Of a stretch of 64,000 nt of DNA, positions 27,070 to 42,089 are shown piece after piece. The position numbers and the translations under genes were made by a program. Numbering within the stretch: position 1 is the stretch's first letter; each line of letters opens with the position of its first letter. Source of the stretch: Octopus vulgaris (lineage: Eukaryota); the NCBI GenBank assembly GCA_951406725.2, contig OX597837.1, forward strand, positions 9,114,001-9,178,000, given 5' to 3'. The notes below the pieces were generated by a model, which ran no database searches, was not told where the DNA came from, and was given only the letters and a program-made list of their open reading frames with translations.

Positions 27070-27624
27070 TATATATAATAAATATATACATATGTTTTAC
27101 ATATGTATTATATTGTACATATATAATGCGAATGCGTATATAGAAATATAAAAAAAATAAACATATGTATATGTTCATATACGTGTATGGATACGTCTTT
27201 GTTTATGTCGAAGAACAGTCTGTGTCTTTTATACATACTGTACGTCTAATCGAAGTCCATTTATAATTTCAAACCTATTTGGTTAGATCTTCCTGTATAG
27301 TAATGGAAATTAATAACATCTACTTACAACGTGTTGATTCGGTGAAGTCCATTAGTCAACGATATAACGCCATTTTGTTTCAATATTTTATAACATGAAA
27401 TCATATAATATTTATATTAAAGTCGAATCTTTGGTAAATCGTATAGAGCAATGTAAAAGATCGATTCCAGTTGTGTCTAATAGAGAGATGGGTATGAACA
27501 AGAGATTATAAATATATTGAACGAAACGTCTTGCAACGTAAGCTATTTGATATAATGTCTTGCAATCATATGTGGACTTATGAAACTGATAATAATAATA
27601 ATAAGAATAACAACAACAATAATC

Positions 27625-28240
<616 letters not shown>

Positions 28241-28243
28241 AGT

Positions 28244-28347
<104 letters not shown>

Positions 28348-28366
28348 TAGTAGTAGTAGTAGTAGT

Positions 28367-28655
28367 AAATGCCCTGATGCAGTACCAGACAGTAGCTCTC
28401 ATGGCTTCTTATCCTAACAGACTGGAAGTGTTATCATGTGCATTGCTTTGTCTTGGTATAAAAGATGGGCTACAGCAAATATTCTGCTCAATACCACAGA
28501 TTTGCTTGTCAGTTGTTTGACCTTAACCAGTTGAGCATGTCCCTCAGTGGCTGACGATATGTGCATCTCTGATCACAAGCAGAAGTAGTGGAGGAGCATC
28601 ATAGCCATGTGTTGAGAGGGATTCTTTGCGGGCTTGGATAATACACTTTTGGAAA
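28367..28655 (-). mobile_element. Probable non-LTR retrotransposon 3' UTR fragment abutting (TAG)n
   Basis: A non-repetitive, GC-balanced block starts directly at a trinucleotide tract. It resembles an abundant octopus repeat from memory; there is no coding evidence. Confidence 0.4.
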
Positions 28656-29480
28656 TATAGATTTTAATCTATCACGGGGGTTTTGAAACGTAACACCCAC
28701 GATAGTAGATAGGTAGATAGATATCTACATATACACATTGACAGATAGATTCATCTATTCTTCAACTCCCCCATCCGTCCAATTACCCATCCAACCATCT
28801 ATTCATCCATCCATATATACATACATATGAATATTATTATCATTGTCAGTAAATGCTTAAAGGAAAATCTGGATAAACTGGAATTTGCAGAGAAATGGAG
28901 AAATCGACCGGCCAATTCGCACGTTACAAATGCAATCCGTGAGTGGAACAGTAAAAATGTGCAAGATTTTCTCAAGTTCCATACATACACAGATACATAC
29001 AGGCAGACGGATAAATGCAGGTATAGAGAGACAGCCAAGCAGACAGACACACAGTCACAATTAACTTTTAGAAAGCAATACGAACAACCATCTTGACTGA
29101 ATATTTTAATAGAAAAATCGTGAGACTAATTAACCAAAGTGATATATTATACTATCTTGACTGACAGGTTCCGAACAATTTATCTCGCTGTAAAACTACA
29201 AAATATCCAATTATACGTTTCCTGCCATGACGTATTTTTATATTTATCAAATTTGTAGAATAATATTGAAGACACCGCCATCATGTGAATGTTAATGTAT
29301 GCGTGCGTGAGTGTGTGTGTGTGCGAATGTATTTGCGTGTGTTTGTGTTTGTGTTTGTATGTATAGGTCTAATACATACATAAAACCGTAAAGCACAAAC
29401 GCGCGCGCGTGTATATATATGTATATATATATATACACACACACCTTCATACATACATTCATACATACATAGATACATAC

Positions 29481-29542
<62 letters not shown>

Positions 29543-29733
29543 ATGTATAGGTATGCATGCTTATTTAAATAAATGTCTTTGTTAGTGTCTATACGTGTGT
29601 ATAAAATATGCATAAAAATATATACGTATTAAGACAAATGTCTCTGTATATTTGTATATTTATCTCAATGTCTTGCTGACTTGCTGGCTGGCTGTATATA
29701 TTATTCCTGTAACTCACCTCCTCCCTTTATAAC

Positions 29734-29804
<71 letters not shown>

Positions 29805-29816
29805 ATATCTATCTGC

Positions 29817-29868
<52 letters not shown>

Positions 29869-30056
29869 TTACCTCTCTATATTTCTATATCTCGATCGCT
29901 CTATCCACCTAGCTATGTATATATATATATATACATACATGTATATGTAAATAACCTCTCTCTCTCATTGTCTCACTCTCGATATATATATATACATATA
30001 TGCATATATATATATAGATATATCTACGTACATATATATGTATTTATGTATGTATG

Positions 30057-30135
<79 letters not shown>

Positions 30136-30817
30136 TATATGAACACGTATATGAATATGTGTGCTTTTTTTATATATATGTACACAGACACATGCGTACA
30201 CATCCAGACACATATATCTGACTGCATGTATGTATGCACACATATATACACATTGACGTATAGATATACATAGATATACATACACGCATCTGTATGTACA
30301 TACGTATTTCATCGACAAATTTATGTATATAATATTATACGAAAACATTTCGAAATTGTTTTTGTTTCCTTCTGCACGTTGTCTTCTTACCTACTCTTTC
30401 GTGAATGCGCATGCGTGTGAGTTTATGTTCATAAAAAATATATATCGGTGACTGTTTTAATGTCTTCGTTTGTTGTTTGGGGGAGATAAAAAGGCAATTA
30501 ATGTTCCGGATCTGAACCTAGGGTCTTTTTCTAGACTCTTGCTTGTGTAAATAATAAACAGCATCAATCTTGATATCTTTTGTGGTTTTTTTTTGTTTTT
30601 TTTTTCTAAAGTCTTCTCATTGACCGGGGGCCAAGAGTAATGTCCGTGGCCAGTAACGTATTTCTTTCTATAAAATGTTAAGAATACACTTCATACTAAG
30701 TTTGAAAAACCGTCGGTCTACGACGCTACGAGTGAGGTAGAAATATCGTGTTATATGCCGTGTTAAATGGGTGTTATATTAGTTCACTGGTAGTGAGCAG
30801 CTGACACCGGAGTTCCT

Positions 30818-31530
30818 CTCGACCCCAGTGCTTAACTGGTACTTAATTTATCGACCCCGAAAGGATGAAAGGTAAAATCGACCTCGGCGAAATTTGAACT
30901 CAGAACGTAACGGCAAAGGACATACCTGTTTCTATACTACCCACAAGGGGCTAAACACAGAGGGGACAAACAAGGACAGACAAACCGATTAAGTCGATTA
31001 TATCGACCCCAGTGCGTAACTGGTACTTATGTAATCGACCTCGAAAGAATGAAAGGCAAAGTCAATCTCGGCAGAATTTGAACTCAGAGCGTAACGACAG
31101 ACGAAATACCTATTTCTTTACTACCCTTTCATCCTTTAGGGGTCGATTAATTAAGTACCAGTTACGCACTGGAGTCGATATAATCGGCTTAATCCGTTCG
31201 ACTGTCCTTGTTTGTCCCCTCTGTATTTAGCCCCTTGTGGGTAGTAAAGAAATAGGTATATCGTCCGTCCTTGCGTTCTGAGTTCAAATTCCGCCAAGGT
31301 GGACTTTGCCTTTCATCCTTTCGGGGTCGATTAAATAAGTACCAGTTACGCAGTGTGGTCGATATAATCGGCTTAATCCGTTCGACTGTCCTTGTTTGTC
31401 CCCTCTGTATTTAGCCCCTTGTGGGTAGTAAAGAAATAGGTATATCGTCCGCCCTTGCGTTCTGAGTTCAAATTCCACATAAGTCGACTTTGCCCTTCGT
31501 CCTTCTGAATTGACAAATTAAGTCCTAGTT
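30818..31530. mobile_element. SINE family A modules in fold-back arrangement
   Basis: Minus-strand modules at 30818-31125 join plus-strand modules at 31124-31530. GTTCTGAGTTCAAATTCC recurs at 31275 and 31459 (184-bp period). Confidence 0.88.
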
Positions 31531-31957
31531 ACGCTGCTACTGCCACACGAGGCACGCCGTGGCATCGAACACGGAGATGCAGTATTGGTAACCGAATATA
31601 TTCGACCAAACTGCTACGTCTTGGCCCTATTAATTCAGATTCGCAATAATTCTTAATTTAAAATTCATAATCTTTTTTTTTCGACGTTTCAGTCAATAAA
31701 ACCAGAAATAAAGATGAATTAAAATAAATGAGCATGGCTGTAAAATTAAAAATTACAAGGAAAAATATTCGGAATTTCAGATGCGTCTGAATTCTAACAC
31801 GCACACAGACACACATACACACACACGCACACACACACGAAGACAAACACACACAGACTTGTACAAACACAGGCGCACACACATTCACATATATATGCAC
31901 ACGTATACATATATGTGTGTGTATATATATTATATATATATACATATATATATATAT

Positions 31958-32029
<72 letters not shown>

Positions 32030-32119
32030 GATTATACATACACATATATACATATACACACAGCCGTAGATATATTTTATATATGTTCGTATATGTTTGC
32101 ACATATATCCACATATATC

Positions 32120-32169
<50 letters not shown>

Positions 32170-32295
32170 CATATATATATATACATACATATATATATAT
32201 ATACATGTGTGTATGTGGGTGGGTGTGGGTGTGGGTGTATGTGCGTGCACGAAATATAAGTATGTATAGATGCATACGCACACACACGTAACTAC

Positions 32296-32363
<68 letters not shown>

Positions 32364-32473
32364 TATACATATATACTATACGCACATATATACTATACAT
32401 ACGCATTTATATTTGCACATATATTCAGATATACATAAATATGCATGTGTATACATCTATATATATTACGCAT

Positions 32474-32505
<32 letters not shown>

Positions 32506-32977
32506 CCTCATACACAAACTCACACACCTTGATGCAAATACAGTAGCGCACACGTACAACCATACTCTCTCACACACACACACACACAGACACACACCTT
32601 ATATGTGTGTTTCTTTATGCTCGTATAGATGTTCCGTTTTATGTGTGTGAATATGTATGTAGTATAGTGCGTGGCATCTTTGTCTCAGTCCATTTATAAT
32701 ATTCAATTTATTTCATTCCAATTTCCTATTCAGTAATGGAAATTTATAACACGTTTTAAAGACGGTGTCTTCAGTTTTTTTGTCACCTTTTAACTAACGC
32801 AAATAAAATATATTACTGCAGTGCGTGTCACATATTACTGTTCGTTATATGTACAAAGAAGCATGTAGGGCGATATAAAATTTTATCAAACACTACGAAA
32901 TCAGGGCTCCATATTTAACATTAAGTTACAGTACCAGTATTTTAAAATATGGCATATATTATTTTTTAGGTTTCGAA

Positions 32978-33748
32978 TCTAGGCACATGACCAGAAATTT
33001 TGGGGGAGGGCCCAGTTGATTAGATCGACCTCACTACGCAACTGGTACTTAATTAAACTTTCCCGAGAGGATGACAGGCAATGTCGACCTCAGTGGAATT
33101 CGAACTCAGAACGTAAAGACAGACGAAATACATATTTCTTTACTACCCACAAGGGGCTAAATACAGAGAGGACAAACAAGGACAGACATAGGTATTAAGT
33201 CGATTACATCGACCCCAGGACGTAACTGGTACTTAATTAAACTTCCCCGAGAGGATGAAAGCCAGTGTTGACCTCAGTGGAATTCGAACTCAGAAAGTAA
33301 AGACAGACGAAATACATATTTCTTTACTACCCACAAGGGGCTAAATACAGAGAGGACAAACAAGGACAGACAAAGAGATTAAGTCGATAATATCGCCCCC
33401 AGTCCGTAACTGGTACTTATTTAATCGACCCCGAAAGGATGAAAGGCAAAGGCGACCTCGGCAGAATTTGAACTCAGAACCTAGCGGCAGACGAAATACC
33501 GCTAAGTATTTCACCCGGCGTGTTAACTTTTCTTTTCTGCCCTAGGTACAAGGCCCGAAATTTGGGGGGAGGGGAGCCAGTCGATTAGATTGACCCCAGT
33601 ACGCAACTGCTACTTAGTTTAACGACCACGAGAGGATGAAAGGCAAAGTCGACCTCGGTGGAATTTGAACTCAGAACGTAAAAAACAGACGAAATACCGC
33701 TAAGCATTTCGCCCTGCATACTAACATTTCTCCCAGTTCGCCGCCTTA
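32978..33748 (-). mobile_element. SINE family A array: a multimodule copy plus an adjacent monomer
   Basis: AGACGAAATA recurs at 33121, 33305 and 33489 (period 184). A second head lies at about 33700-33748. Confidence 0.9.
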
Positions 33749-34348
33749 AAATATGGAATATAGCGAAAGAAGAATACCTAGCATAATATTTTATCATATA
33801 CGCTGAAAATGTTTTTTGTGTTGTGTATTGCCAATACAGGTTTGAACGCACAGATCGATGAAACGCGCAGAGACGGGTGTTAAACATCATCACAATTTAG
33901 TGTCAGATCTTTAGGATATCGTTTCTAACCAGTTAATTCTAACCAGTTAATTACAAAATGAGTTCCTTAACCACACGGCCATATCTGTGCGTTTTAAAAC
34001 CGTCTCAGTGAAAAGCCACTCTACTCTAAACTCAGGGTTTTATATCGTCATTGCAATATATGCTGAAAAGGAGCAAAAAAGGGTTCCTTGCTTATTCATC
34101 TTCTATACATTAGCACGAGACCGTAAAGAATCCTTATCGATTTTTCTCTACTTATGTTCCTGCATTTTTCCTTCTGAATTCTCTTTGACGAAAATAACGG
34201 AGTAATGTTTCTCATAGATGCTGCATCGAACATTTCGCTGCCCTGGAAACGATATTCAAAAATACGTTACACCTTAACATAATCTCTGTAGTGATGACAA
34301 TCAACAATATAACTTATTTTGACATTCTTAGTGACGAATATTGTTCCA

Positions 34349-34519
34349 TATATATACGACTGGCTTCTTTCAGTTTCCGTCTACAAAATCCACGCACAAG
34401 GTTTTGGTTGGCCCAAGACTATAGTAGAAGACAGCTGTCCAAGGTACCACGCAGTGGCACTGAACCTAGAATCATGTGGTTCGTAAGCGAACTACTCCCC
34501 TCACAGCTATTCCTGCGCC
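34349..34519 (-). mobile_element. SINE family B, 5' half
   Basis: CTTCTTTCAGTTTCCGTCTAC...CCACGCAGTGGCACTGAACC...TCCTGCGCC. Confidence 0.85.
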
Positions 34520-34520
34520 T

Positions 34521-34569
<49 letters not shown>

Positions 34570-34694
34570 ACTTAATGAGGGTAGAAATTAATATCATTAA
34601 ATAATATCAATTTAAACCAGTGGTCAACATTCTTAAGAAGTTCTAGGTATTCTTTTTTCCCTATATTCCATATTTTAACATACCGAACTGGAGG

Positions 34695-34862
34695 AAAGGT
34701 TAGTACGCAGGGCGAAATGCTTAGCAGTATTTTTCCCGAAGCTACGTTCTGAGTTCAAATTCGGCCGAGGTCAACTTTCCCTTAAGTATCAGCTACGCAC
34801 TGGGATCGATAAAATCCACAATACCTTCCCCCAAATTGCAGGCATTGTGCTTATAATGGAAA
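34695..34862 (+). mobile_element. SINE family A, internally deleted
   Basis: GGGCGAAATGCTTAGC...CTACGTTCTGAGTTCAAATTCGGCCGAGGTCAACTTT. Confidence 0.8.
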
Positions 34863-35388
34863 GGATATATTTGATGAACAATCGTACCTAGTGATCCGCT
34901 TTCTGCGTATAACCATAACAATATCCATGCTGGAAACCAGATTTGTAAATAGTGAACTTTGTCCATTTAATGGCTGACATACTATAACAATAATGTGCAA
35001 GTATTCTGACGTATTTGGACTAAGATAATATTTGCTAATGAACAAGAGCTTCCTTAATTACTTTAAACCTGACTGATACCGACCTGCTTTGGATCTCATT
35101 TGCTCCTATCATAAAATCTTTCTGTTCTAAAGTTATCTAAATGAAAATCTTGTGACAACATTTCTTGCACCGTTTTAATAACGGTGAAATTATATGACTA
35201 AATTATTCGTTAATTTGAAAATTAACTGAAACAAAGGCTTTGTGTTTCGATGAAAATTTGGTGACAAATGATGTAATATCTTTTACTTGTTTCAGGCATT
35301 GAACTACGACCATGCTGGAGTACCGCCTTGGACGGTTTTAGTCGAAGTCTTTGATACCGGCGTTTTCCTTTTCTTTTCAGGTCTTCGG

Positions 35389-35446
<58 letters not shown>

Positions 35447-35480
35447 GGAAGACTATAATTGTCATTAGATGAGACTAGAG

Positions 35481-35708
35481 TGTTATATGAAGCATCTAGA
35501 TTGCTAGAAATAAAAGCTAAAATGCTATATTGCTGTAGTCAAATCACGTAATCGTATACGTCTGGAAACGCTCTTTTGAGAATTCTTGCACGGCGTTTAC
35601 GGACAATAATTATCCCTGTACGTATATATATTTACAAAATTATGTGGTTTGACTACAGTATCAGGGCAGTTTAGCTCTTATTTTTAGCAATGTAGGTGTT
35701 TCTAACAA
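35481..35708. repeat. Diverged inverted repeat (about 70-nt arms)
   Basis: ATTGCTAGAAATAAAAGCTAAA...CTGTAGTCAAATCACGTAAT (35481-35552) pairs with ATTATGTGGTTTGACTACAG...TTTAGCTCTTATTTTTAGCAAT (35639-35708). Confidence 0.7.
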
Positions 35709-36119
35709 CTTAACCGCATATATATATATGTATGTGTGTATGTGTGTGTGTGTGTGTGTATGTGCGTGTGAGTGTGTATGCATGTATATATACATGTCTT
35801 ATCTATGGCTTTGTGTTTCTGATTGTCCTCTGCAAAAGCTTGAGGACCGGTATGGATCTGTTTACCAAGAGGTAACTTAGCAGTGGGACAAGAAGATCGA
35901 TGGAATAAGTACTACACTAAAACAACAAGAACTGTGGTGTGGAGAGGGCCGATTGGGATCTTAAAACCCTCCAGTTCAGTGCTTTAGTATGACTGCCGAG
36001 CAGTGATTGAAACCAGTAAATAAGGAAAAATAAAGATACACAAACACATTACACATGCGCATACACACACATTCACATATACACACACATACATACACAT
36101 ATACACAATATCGATAATC

Positions 36120-36685
36120 GTTATGATCGACCCCATGTTCATTATGTTCATCCTGATCATCTTTATCATCGTGGTCATCGTCATCAACACGGTCATCGTA
36201 TACGTCATTAGCATCGTCGTCATTATCATCGTCATCATCGTCATCATCATGATCATGGTCATAAGTATCATCATCGGCGTCGTCATCCTCCTCATCCTCC
36301 TCACCATCATCACCCTCATTATCATCATTGTCATCATCGCCTTTGTCACCACCCTCCTCATCATCATTCTCGTAGTCATCATCCTCACCATCTTCATCAC
36401 CATTGTCATCAGTATCATCGTCCTCCTCCTCCTCATTATCATCCTCATCAGCATCCTTATCATCTTCATCGTCGTCATCATCATCCTCACCATCTTCATC
36501 ATCATTATCATCATCATGATCATGATCCTCATCATCATCATCATCATCATCATTAATCATTATCATCATTGTCATCATCGTCGTCGTCAGCATCCTCATC
36601 ATCAATATTCTCATTGCCATCATCCTCAGCTTCATCATCATTAACATCAGTATCATCATCGTCCGCATCGTCGTCGTCGTCGTCG

Positions 36686-36728
<43 letters not shown>

Positions 36729-36781
36729 TCTCATAGTCATCCTCATTATCATTCTCATCATCATCATCACCCTCATCATCA
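36120..36781. repeat. Degenerate (CAT)n tract
   Basis: Direct observation. Confidence 0.95.
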
Positions 36782-37459
36782 ATAACAAGAGTCACTCTCA
36801 ATAAAACGCGAACTGATACAGCAAGGGAGAAGGCAAAGTTAATTCGAAAATGGCGACCATATGTAACAAAGTAAAAAAAAAAAAATAACATATGTAATAA
36901 AGATTTGTGATAAGTGTACAGCAACAACAACAGCAGCAATAACAACAACTACAATAGTCATAAAAGAGAAAAGGAAATAATGAGTAAGAGCAGCAACAAC
37001 AAATACAACATCAGTAGTCATAACAACGTCCCTCAACAACATCTCTTTGACCAGCGTCACGAAGAAGAAGAATATAATCAACGGAAGTAACATCGAAAAC
37101 AACTGCAATAACGGAGATGAAGGGATGGGGGGATACGGAGAGTAAGTAGAAGGAGGATAATAGGAATATCACACCAGTAGCAGCAGCAGCAACAGCAGCA
37201 GTCTTGGTGGCAGTAGCGGCAGCAATGGCGGCCGCAGTAACGGCGACATTTGCTCTGAGATGAAGATCGGGAGCGAAATGAAAAAAAAATAAGAAAAGAA
37301 ATAAAATAAAAATAAAATAAAAATAATAACAACAACATCAAGAAGAGTAAGGAAAAGCAACTGTTGCATCAATCGTAACTGGCAGAGAACATAAACGAAG
37401 GACAGCGATAAAGGGGGGAAAAACAACAAACCATAAAAACACAAAAAAATAGAGCATAT

Positions 37460-37658
37460 TGCAATAATAACAATAATAATAATAATAATGATGATGATGA
37501 TGATGATAATAATAATAATGATAATAATAATGATGATAATAATAATAATAATGATAACGACAACAATGATAATAATAATGATAATAATAATGATAATGAT
37601 AATAATAATAATAAGAAGAAAAAGATAATAATATGATAATAATAATAATAATAAGAAA

Positions 37659-37750
<92 letters not shown>

Positions 37751-37771
37751 GAAGAAGAATAATAAGAATAA

Positions 37772-37837
<66 letters not shown>

Positions 37838-37954
37838 TAATAATGATAATAATAATAATAATAATGATAATAATAATAATAATAATAATAATGATAATAA
37901 TAATAATGGTCACAACACGAACTTCTACCACTAAAGTTGTGGCTGCTGCTGCAG

Positions 37955-38004
<50 letters not shown>

Positions 38005-38045
38005 GTTGCTGCTGCTGCTGCTGCTGCCGCTGCTGCCGCTGCTGG
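37460..38045. repeat. (AAT)n tract followed by (CTA)n and (GCT)n
   Basis: Direct observation. Confidence 0.95.
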
Positions 38046-38642
38046 CGCAATAAACCGAAATAACAAGAGCAGAACGTAATCTAGGCGAATCGATTCCATT
38101 GGTCAGTCGAAAGGAAATCAAAGGGTAAAAATGTGATTTTTATTTAAGAACAAAGAATGAAATAATAATAATAACAATAAAAACAAAGGAAAAAATTACT
38201 CTTTAGTTCTAGAAGTACCACTGTAATGAGTTCACGGCTGATCTACTAAAGCTTACACTGTTAGAACGCGCGTGCGCATACACACGGACAAAAACACACA
38301 AACATAGAAACACACATATGCATACATATACATATATACATACATATACACACAGATATATATATATATACACGCATATATATATATATGTGTGTGAGTA
38401 TGTATACACACACACACGTATTTATATGTATATACACACTAACTTATATATACGCACAGACACATACAGGTATCTATCTACATATATATATTTATATTTA
38501 TATATATATATACATATATATATACAAACACACGTTCAGCTATATATATATATATTTTTATGTATATACACTGTTATATACATGTACATAATGTATCTGT
38601 ATATGATCTATGTATATGTATATATGTGTGCATGTATATATG

Positions 38643-38676
<34 letters not shown>

Positions 38677-39171
38677 CGTGTGTGTATGTAGTGTATGTAT
38701 ATAGATACACACATAGAAATATATATATATTTATACATATATATACATATACATCTGCATAATGATATATGTGTATGAATATACACATGTATATATGTTT
38801 GTGTGTTTTTATATATATATATGTAACGGGTTCGTATGCGCATGTGTCAATATGTACCATTTTTTTTAATACCATTCGAGTTAGGAATCTACAGAACGGC
38901 TCTTTTAACTAATGGCTAGGTCTACATAGTATGTAGACAAATTGATGAAACAAAAAAAATATATCTAAATAACGTATAGAAAATTAGTCAGGGCGTTTGC
39001 GTATAATATCCGGCTGAATAAGCTATAATCACATGATTACTTGGCCTGCTTTTGATGAATGTCAGCTTGGATATTCCTTGATGAAAACTATATAAATCCA
39101 TGCACCACCAGAAGCTTCTTCTGCATTTAAATATTGTGCAATAAACTGCAACAGACACACACACACGCACA

Positions 39172-39432
39172 CAGGGTGCGGTGAAGCAACTGTCGTCTAA
39201 ATTGCGCAAAAATGGAAATAACATGGACATCTCATTTTAACAGATATATTTACCAAAATTGCATAAAAATATGTTGAAATACGAAAGAGGAAATCTCTTC
39301 AATGAAATCGCTTCAACCACGGATCCCAAACAACTTAGGAATATCCTGCAACTCTCCTGAGCGGTCTGCTTGTTTAAATTGGTGAATACTGCCATAATCC
39401 TTGCCTTAAGTTCATCTGTGGTGCTACAAGAA
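39172..39432 (-). mobile_element. Tc1/mariner (maT/DD37D-like) transposon 3' remnant
   Basis: The minus frame from 39428 reads CSTTDELKARIMAVFTNLNKQTAQESCRIFLSCLGSVVEA, matching the maT-type transposase C-terminus (ELKA-I...ACxxFRSRLEAVVEA). A terminus-like CAGGGTG is at 39172. Confidence 0.75.
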
Positions 39433-40180
39433 GAACATATGTAAGACGAGGTATAAAAAAATTTTTAAATGTTCATGAAGAACATTTTAGTTCCGGTTTC
39501 AGTTTTTGCGGCTTATCCAACTTAGAGTAAAGCTTGAAAAACAATTAAATTGTAAAAACCTAAAAGAAATGTTTTTTAGAATATTTCCATAGTTCTCAAA
39601 TACGTGGGACATTTTCCATAATTCTGTCTGTCTCTCTGTCTCTCTGTCTCTCTGTCTCTCTCCCTCTTACTTTTGTGAGGGATCGGTAGGTAGGTAATAG
39701 CATCTCTGAAGGAATATTCAATAAGAGCGGTGTGGGGTCTGTACTTTGATTGTTGAAGCATCTGTAGCCGAGGTAGAAGACGGCGAAGAAGAAGAAGAAG
39801 AAGAAGAAGAAGAAGAAGAAGAAGAAGAAGAAGAAGAAGAGTGAGAAGAAGAAGAAGAAGAAGAAGAAGAAGGAGAAGAAAAAGAAGAAAAAGAAGAAGA
39901 AGAAGAAAAAGAAGAAGAAAAGTAGAGAAAGAATAGAAAAAGACGGGAGTGGTATGACAATAGCAGGATGTTGGTGAAATCCTCTTAAATATGTCAAGTG
40001 ACCTAAAAGTGACCTGTTGTGGTTACAGTAGTAGTAATTGAAATTGTTCTGAATAAATTCATGGCTAGTGACTATTCTTCTGAATGTATCGTTTTTAATA
40101 TTTGCCTGGGTATTATTTCAAGGCTCTTGTATTTGTGGTAGAAGTATTGAAAAGCGGTTTATATTTATATATACATATTT

Positions 40181-40378
40181 CTGTCGGCCAAATACATTTT
40201 CCATCCTGCGGTATTCGAGACGTTTGGTGGGGTTGGACCACTAATATCGAGATTCCAGTCTTTACTGGCAACTCGCCTTGCAGAGGCTTGTGTGGGCGCT
40301 CGGCTGTTCGAGCGATTCAGCCTCACCATCACCCGCTGCAACGCTGCAAGAGTCCTTGCGTGTTTCAATAACCACTAG
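40181..40378 (+). pseudogene. CRE-clade non-LTR retrotransposon ORF C-terminus (restriction-like endonuclease end), 5'-truncated
   Basis: Reads LSAKYIFHPAVFETFGGVGPLISRFQSLLATRLAEACVGARLFERFSLTITRCNAARVLACFNNH*. This matches the F-P-x-x-ETxG...QRxSxAIQRGNA motif of CRE elements. AATAAA follows at about 40522. Confidence 0.75.
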
Positions 40379-40779
40379 AGAGGTTTCCCAGCGCCTCCAA
40401 CATTTCAACCCAAGGTGGTGCATTGCTTTTTTTTCTAGTTCTCTTTTTAATTTTTTCAAATGTGTTCTGTTTTGTCCAATTTTCTAATTTAATTTTGTAA
40501 AACCGTAAACACCGAGAATGCAATAAAATTCTCATACTTTCATCAATGCTGGAAAATCCCCTTAATCTTCACACAGTTGTTACTCAGAGTTTCAGGTTTC
40601 CGTTCGTCGAGCAATTGTATTTATCACAACAGGCCAACGGATGTTTTGTGAAGATTTCACAGCTTTGATAAAAGCATATTACTTTAATTTATGTATTCCA
40701 GTACTATTTCTCAACCTTGCCTCACATTTAAGTTTATGACTTATATATATACAAACACACACACATATGTATATATGTA

Positions 40780-40957
40780 TTTGTGTCTCTGTGTTTGTCC
40801 CCCACCCATCATGTCTTGACACAGATGTTGGGTAGTTAACTTGGCGGTTCGGCAAAAGACATCGCTAGAATATATCCTGGGGCCGATTTTGTTCGACTAA
40901 AAGCGGTGCTCTAGCATGACCGCAGTCAAATGGCTGTAGCAAGTAAATAGAAAAGAA
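40780..40957 (+). mobile_element. SINE family B, 3' half
   Basis: GCGGTTCGGCAAAAGA...GCGGTGCTCTAGCATGACCGCAGTCAAATG. Confidence 0.8.
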
Positions 40958-41005
40958 ACACACATACATACATACATACATACGTACGTACATACATACA
41001 TACAT

Positions 41006-41036
<31 letters not shown>

Positions 41037-41204
41037 TACATACATACATACATACATACATACATACATACATACATACGTACGTACATACGTACATACA
41101 TACATACAGACGTCGTTGGACATTGGAATTTAAATATCTGGCTTCTTAATACTTAATGTCCTTATCTATTAAACGCCTTTTTGGCGTATTCTTCCTCATT
41201 ATAA

Positions 41205-41247
<43 letters not shown>

Positions 41248-41733
41248 AACCCATAATATACACCTTTATGGCAATATCGCTACACCCACCACGTCTATAT
41301 ACAACCTATACATACCTATACTGTAATTCATTCCGAAGCACGATTCTAAGAAATTGCTCTTATAAACTAATGTTGTGTTACTGCAATTTAGCCAACTTAG
41401 AAGAAAGCTTAGTAGAAAGTACCGCTATTACATCATCAATTTATATGTCTCGAACTATTTTCTCTCGATACATTTCGTCTACATAATATGTAACTCCAAA
41501 CATTAGTTAAGAGCTTTATATAATAGCTTCGGAGTATATTTCTTAATGTAATTTGAGAAGTGATATATTAGTAATTAGGAAAGGCAGCTGTGACTGAGTT
41601 TGTAAGCTTTTCGCTGCTCTTCTTCACAAACTTGAAACATTTTCCCGCAAGACGGCCGCTTCCTGTGATAGATTTTCAAGTATTAATATTCACACACACA
41701 CACACACACACATACACACACATGCGCATACAC

Positions 41734-41788
<55 letters not shown>

Positions 41789-41811
41789 TATATATACATA
41801 TATATATATAA

Positions 41812-41859
<48 letters not shown>

Positions 41860-41882
41860 TTATACATATTTATATATATACA

Positions 41883-41960
<78 letters not shown>

Positions 41961-42089
41961 CAGAGAGAGACAGAAACGCACAGACATGGAGAGAGACATG
42001 TATACACGTATGTATGTATGGATAGGTGTATGGATGGATATGCATATTTTAATTATATAGATATGCATATATATATATATATATATATA

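Noticed and set aside
28850-28938. Possible plus-strand exon (AG...GTGAGT; KCLKENLDKLEFAEKWRNRPANSHVTNAI)
   Set aside because: The polypyrimidine tract is weak, there is no recognisable homology and no partner exons were found. It cannot be supported without RNA data.
32978-33748. Regularly spaced repeats suggestive of a CRISPR array
   Set aside because: The whole 184-bp unit repeats with no unique spacers, the context is eukaryotic and there are no cas genes. These are SINE modules.
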